Source: Bilabrum cf. latius (Eukaryota). Taken from it: a DNA stretch of 64,000 bases. The stretch spans positions 1,178,001-1,242,000 of the forward strand of contig OZ237740.1 of NCBI GenBank assembly GCA_965178125.1. The letters are read 5' to 3'. The notes beneath the pieces are model-generated. The model had not been told where the DNA came from, made no database searches, and saw nothing but the letters and a program-made list of their open reading frames with translations. Within the stretch, counting starts at the first letter, position 1, and each line of letters opens with the position of its first letter. Made by a program: the position numbers and the translations under genes. Positions 62,601 to 64,000 of this stretch are shown here, in pieces.

Positions 62601-64000
62601 GATCAGGCAGCTGCTGCGGTACCTCCAGCATCCCAGTTGATCGATCACATCATGACAGTGTTGCAATCGATCCTGGTCGACGGCATTTAGGATGGCTCCT
62701 CGGTTGCAGGACAAGCAGCTGCTATGCTTCGGCAAGTGTCAGCGTCTTCGACTTCGCTTTCGACCGGCACTTTGTCGCTTCTACTGCTGGCTTTGCTTGG
62801 CGACAAAGGCGGCCTCACGCTCTCTGCTGCAAAGAAAGCCGTGCTCGAATTCGGCGGCACAAAGTTGAGTGACTCACCGCTCGCAGTTGCGGAAGCCATT
62901 CTTTTCGGATCTAAGCATAACGGCAATACTAGCTCCTGTGACGATTCCTTGGATGCAATTCTGGAAACAGATACCATGGATCAAACGATGATTTTGTATC
63001 CTGGTCCTATGTTCGACCGATCGGCACTGCCGGCATCCATTCTTACAGCCCAATTCAAATATGCAGGTGCAGTAGAGAAGATTGAATCTGGTGGCCTGGG
63101 CTTTGAGCGTGCACGTGTCTGGCCACCACTAGCGCTCACAAATGGTACTGCAGGTATAACCGGGGGTGTTCCATTGGTACAGATACATGGATCCACTGCA
63201 GTGGCATTGCAGAGTTGCGAGCGTGCAGCTCAGCGACTGGCACCGGCCTTGCCTGTTGCCAACACCGGCAGCAAGTCTCCGGCAAAACTGTCAAATAGCG
63301 CATAGTGGAGCTCCCGGTGGCTAGTTGATGCCATGGCGGGCAGTTTGCAAAGCGTGTCTTCTGCTGTTGCTCTCGGTGTCTTCTACCGGAGAATTACGGT
63401 ACAATCAAACGATCGCGTTGCGTTACTAGGATCGCCAGACTCCTCGTGGGATGGCAAGCAGCCGATGCTCTTTGATGGTTGTTTCGCTCAAACTGCATTC
63501 TGTCGACAGGCATCTGTGTTGCCGGAATCCTTGCAGGACGCTGCTTTGCGTGATATGTCCGGCCTCATGATGGCGCGACGCTGGTACTGTCGCCACTAGC
63601 CGGATGATGATGGGCGCAGAACCAGATTCAGGGGTGGAGACGAAGCAGAGCTGTTTGTTTGTAGGCATGACAGGTTCTAGCCAGCGCGATTGGGCCTTGC
63701 ATTGACTAATCCTACCGCTGGAGACAGTGCGCCAAAGTTTGATGCAGATGAACCTGCTGAGCGCGCAGGAATACTGGATGCGCCGCTCGAGTACGGCACG
63801 TCCATTCTGCGATGTGTGGAGGCAGACCTTGAATGCAAGCTTCTTAGTACGAGTGTACAGGATCGCTTGAAACTCGCGAGGCAGCCCCTAACTGCACTCA
63901 GTGATACCTCTCCTGGGTCTAACAACTTTCTCGCGAACCTTCAGAATCGGGCAAAGATTCGTGTGCGCAGGTCTCGTCTCTCTCGATTCTTAGGCAGAGA
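44625..64000 (+). CDS. Giant HUWE1/Tom1/UPL1-like E3 ubiquitin ligase (N-terminal armadillo-type DUF908/DUF913 region; HECT domain expected beyond the window), exons ~44625-44726, 44821-45036, 45162->64000
   Basis: MDLMSWQPIFDRIDAIM resembles HUWE1 ELYHWVDLLDRFDGIL. NYSSME|VLALLLGARD resembles LYSSIEHLTTLLASSD. DUF913-like AVHEDPGRASVLH*SG...QLPPGPDV near 49800; acidic disordered tract at 60850-61700. One frame from 45162 to the end containing only TAG stops. The start codon is unresolved. Confidence 0.78.
57859..57930 (+). repeat. Three-copy 24-bp in-frame repeat (D-[TA]-S-E-[SG]-K-[TE]-E) in the HUWE1-like gene
   Basis: gatacatctgaaagcaagactgaa / gacgcatctgagagcaaggaggag / gatgcatctgagggcaaggaagaa. 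Confidence 0.65.

Noticed and set aside
9608-64000. TAG-interrupted genes as pseudogenes or sequencing errors
   Set aside because: The interruptions are exclusively TAG, there are no frameshifts, catalytic motifs are intact and essential genes such as LSG1 are affected.
9608-64000. TAGs removed by micro-introns (TAG as 3' splice site) or decoded as pyrrolysine
   Set aside because: Alignments at the Rab28 and MLH3 sites need no gap, and there is no consistent GT donor upstream. Pyrrolysine is prokaryotic and gene-specific, and no pyl genes are present.
1-64000. Prokaryotic systems (CRISPR arrays, operons, prophage with table-15 code)
   Set aside because: Spliceosomal introns and eukaryote-specific genes (Rab28, PPWD1, HUWE1-like, LSG1) are present, with no spaced direct repeats or phage genes.

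Overview
GC-rich, gene-dense eukaryotic nuclear DNA with GT-AG spliceosomal introns. It is probably from a flagellated protist; a stramenopile affinity is my inference only. The main discovery is a non-standard nuclear genetic code. TAG occurs repeatedly in frame inside conserved genes and falls on conserved Gln positions: Rab28 YR*TVG = YKQTIG, MLH3 TLA*VVEEL = SLGQCVEEL, MLH3 *LLYVNGR = QFLFVNKR. Every gene end I could locate is TGA or TAA. So UAG appears to encode Gln while UAA remains a stop (table-15-like, UAA/UAG decoupled). Under this code the fragmented ORF track collapses into about 12 genes: a low-complexity protein (5'-truncated), a small membrane protein, a GH2 beta-mannosidase, LSG1, HDAC11, MLH3, a full-size ABCG/PDR transporter, a ~2,500-aa uncharacterised protein, Rab28, a ~2,050-aa secreted protein with a GH43-like domain, PPWD1, and a giant HUWE1-like E3 ligase whose apparent single exon of >18.8 kb runs off the window. 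There is also a tRNA-Ser(GCT) gene overlapping one arm of a ~350-bp inverted duplication, with a truncated tRNA copy in the other arm. All homology calls come from motif recall, not database searches.
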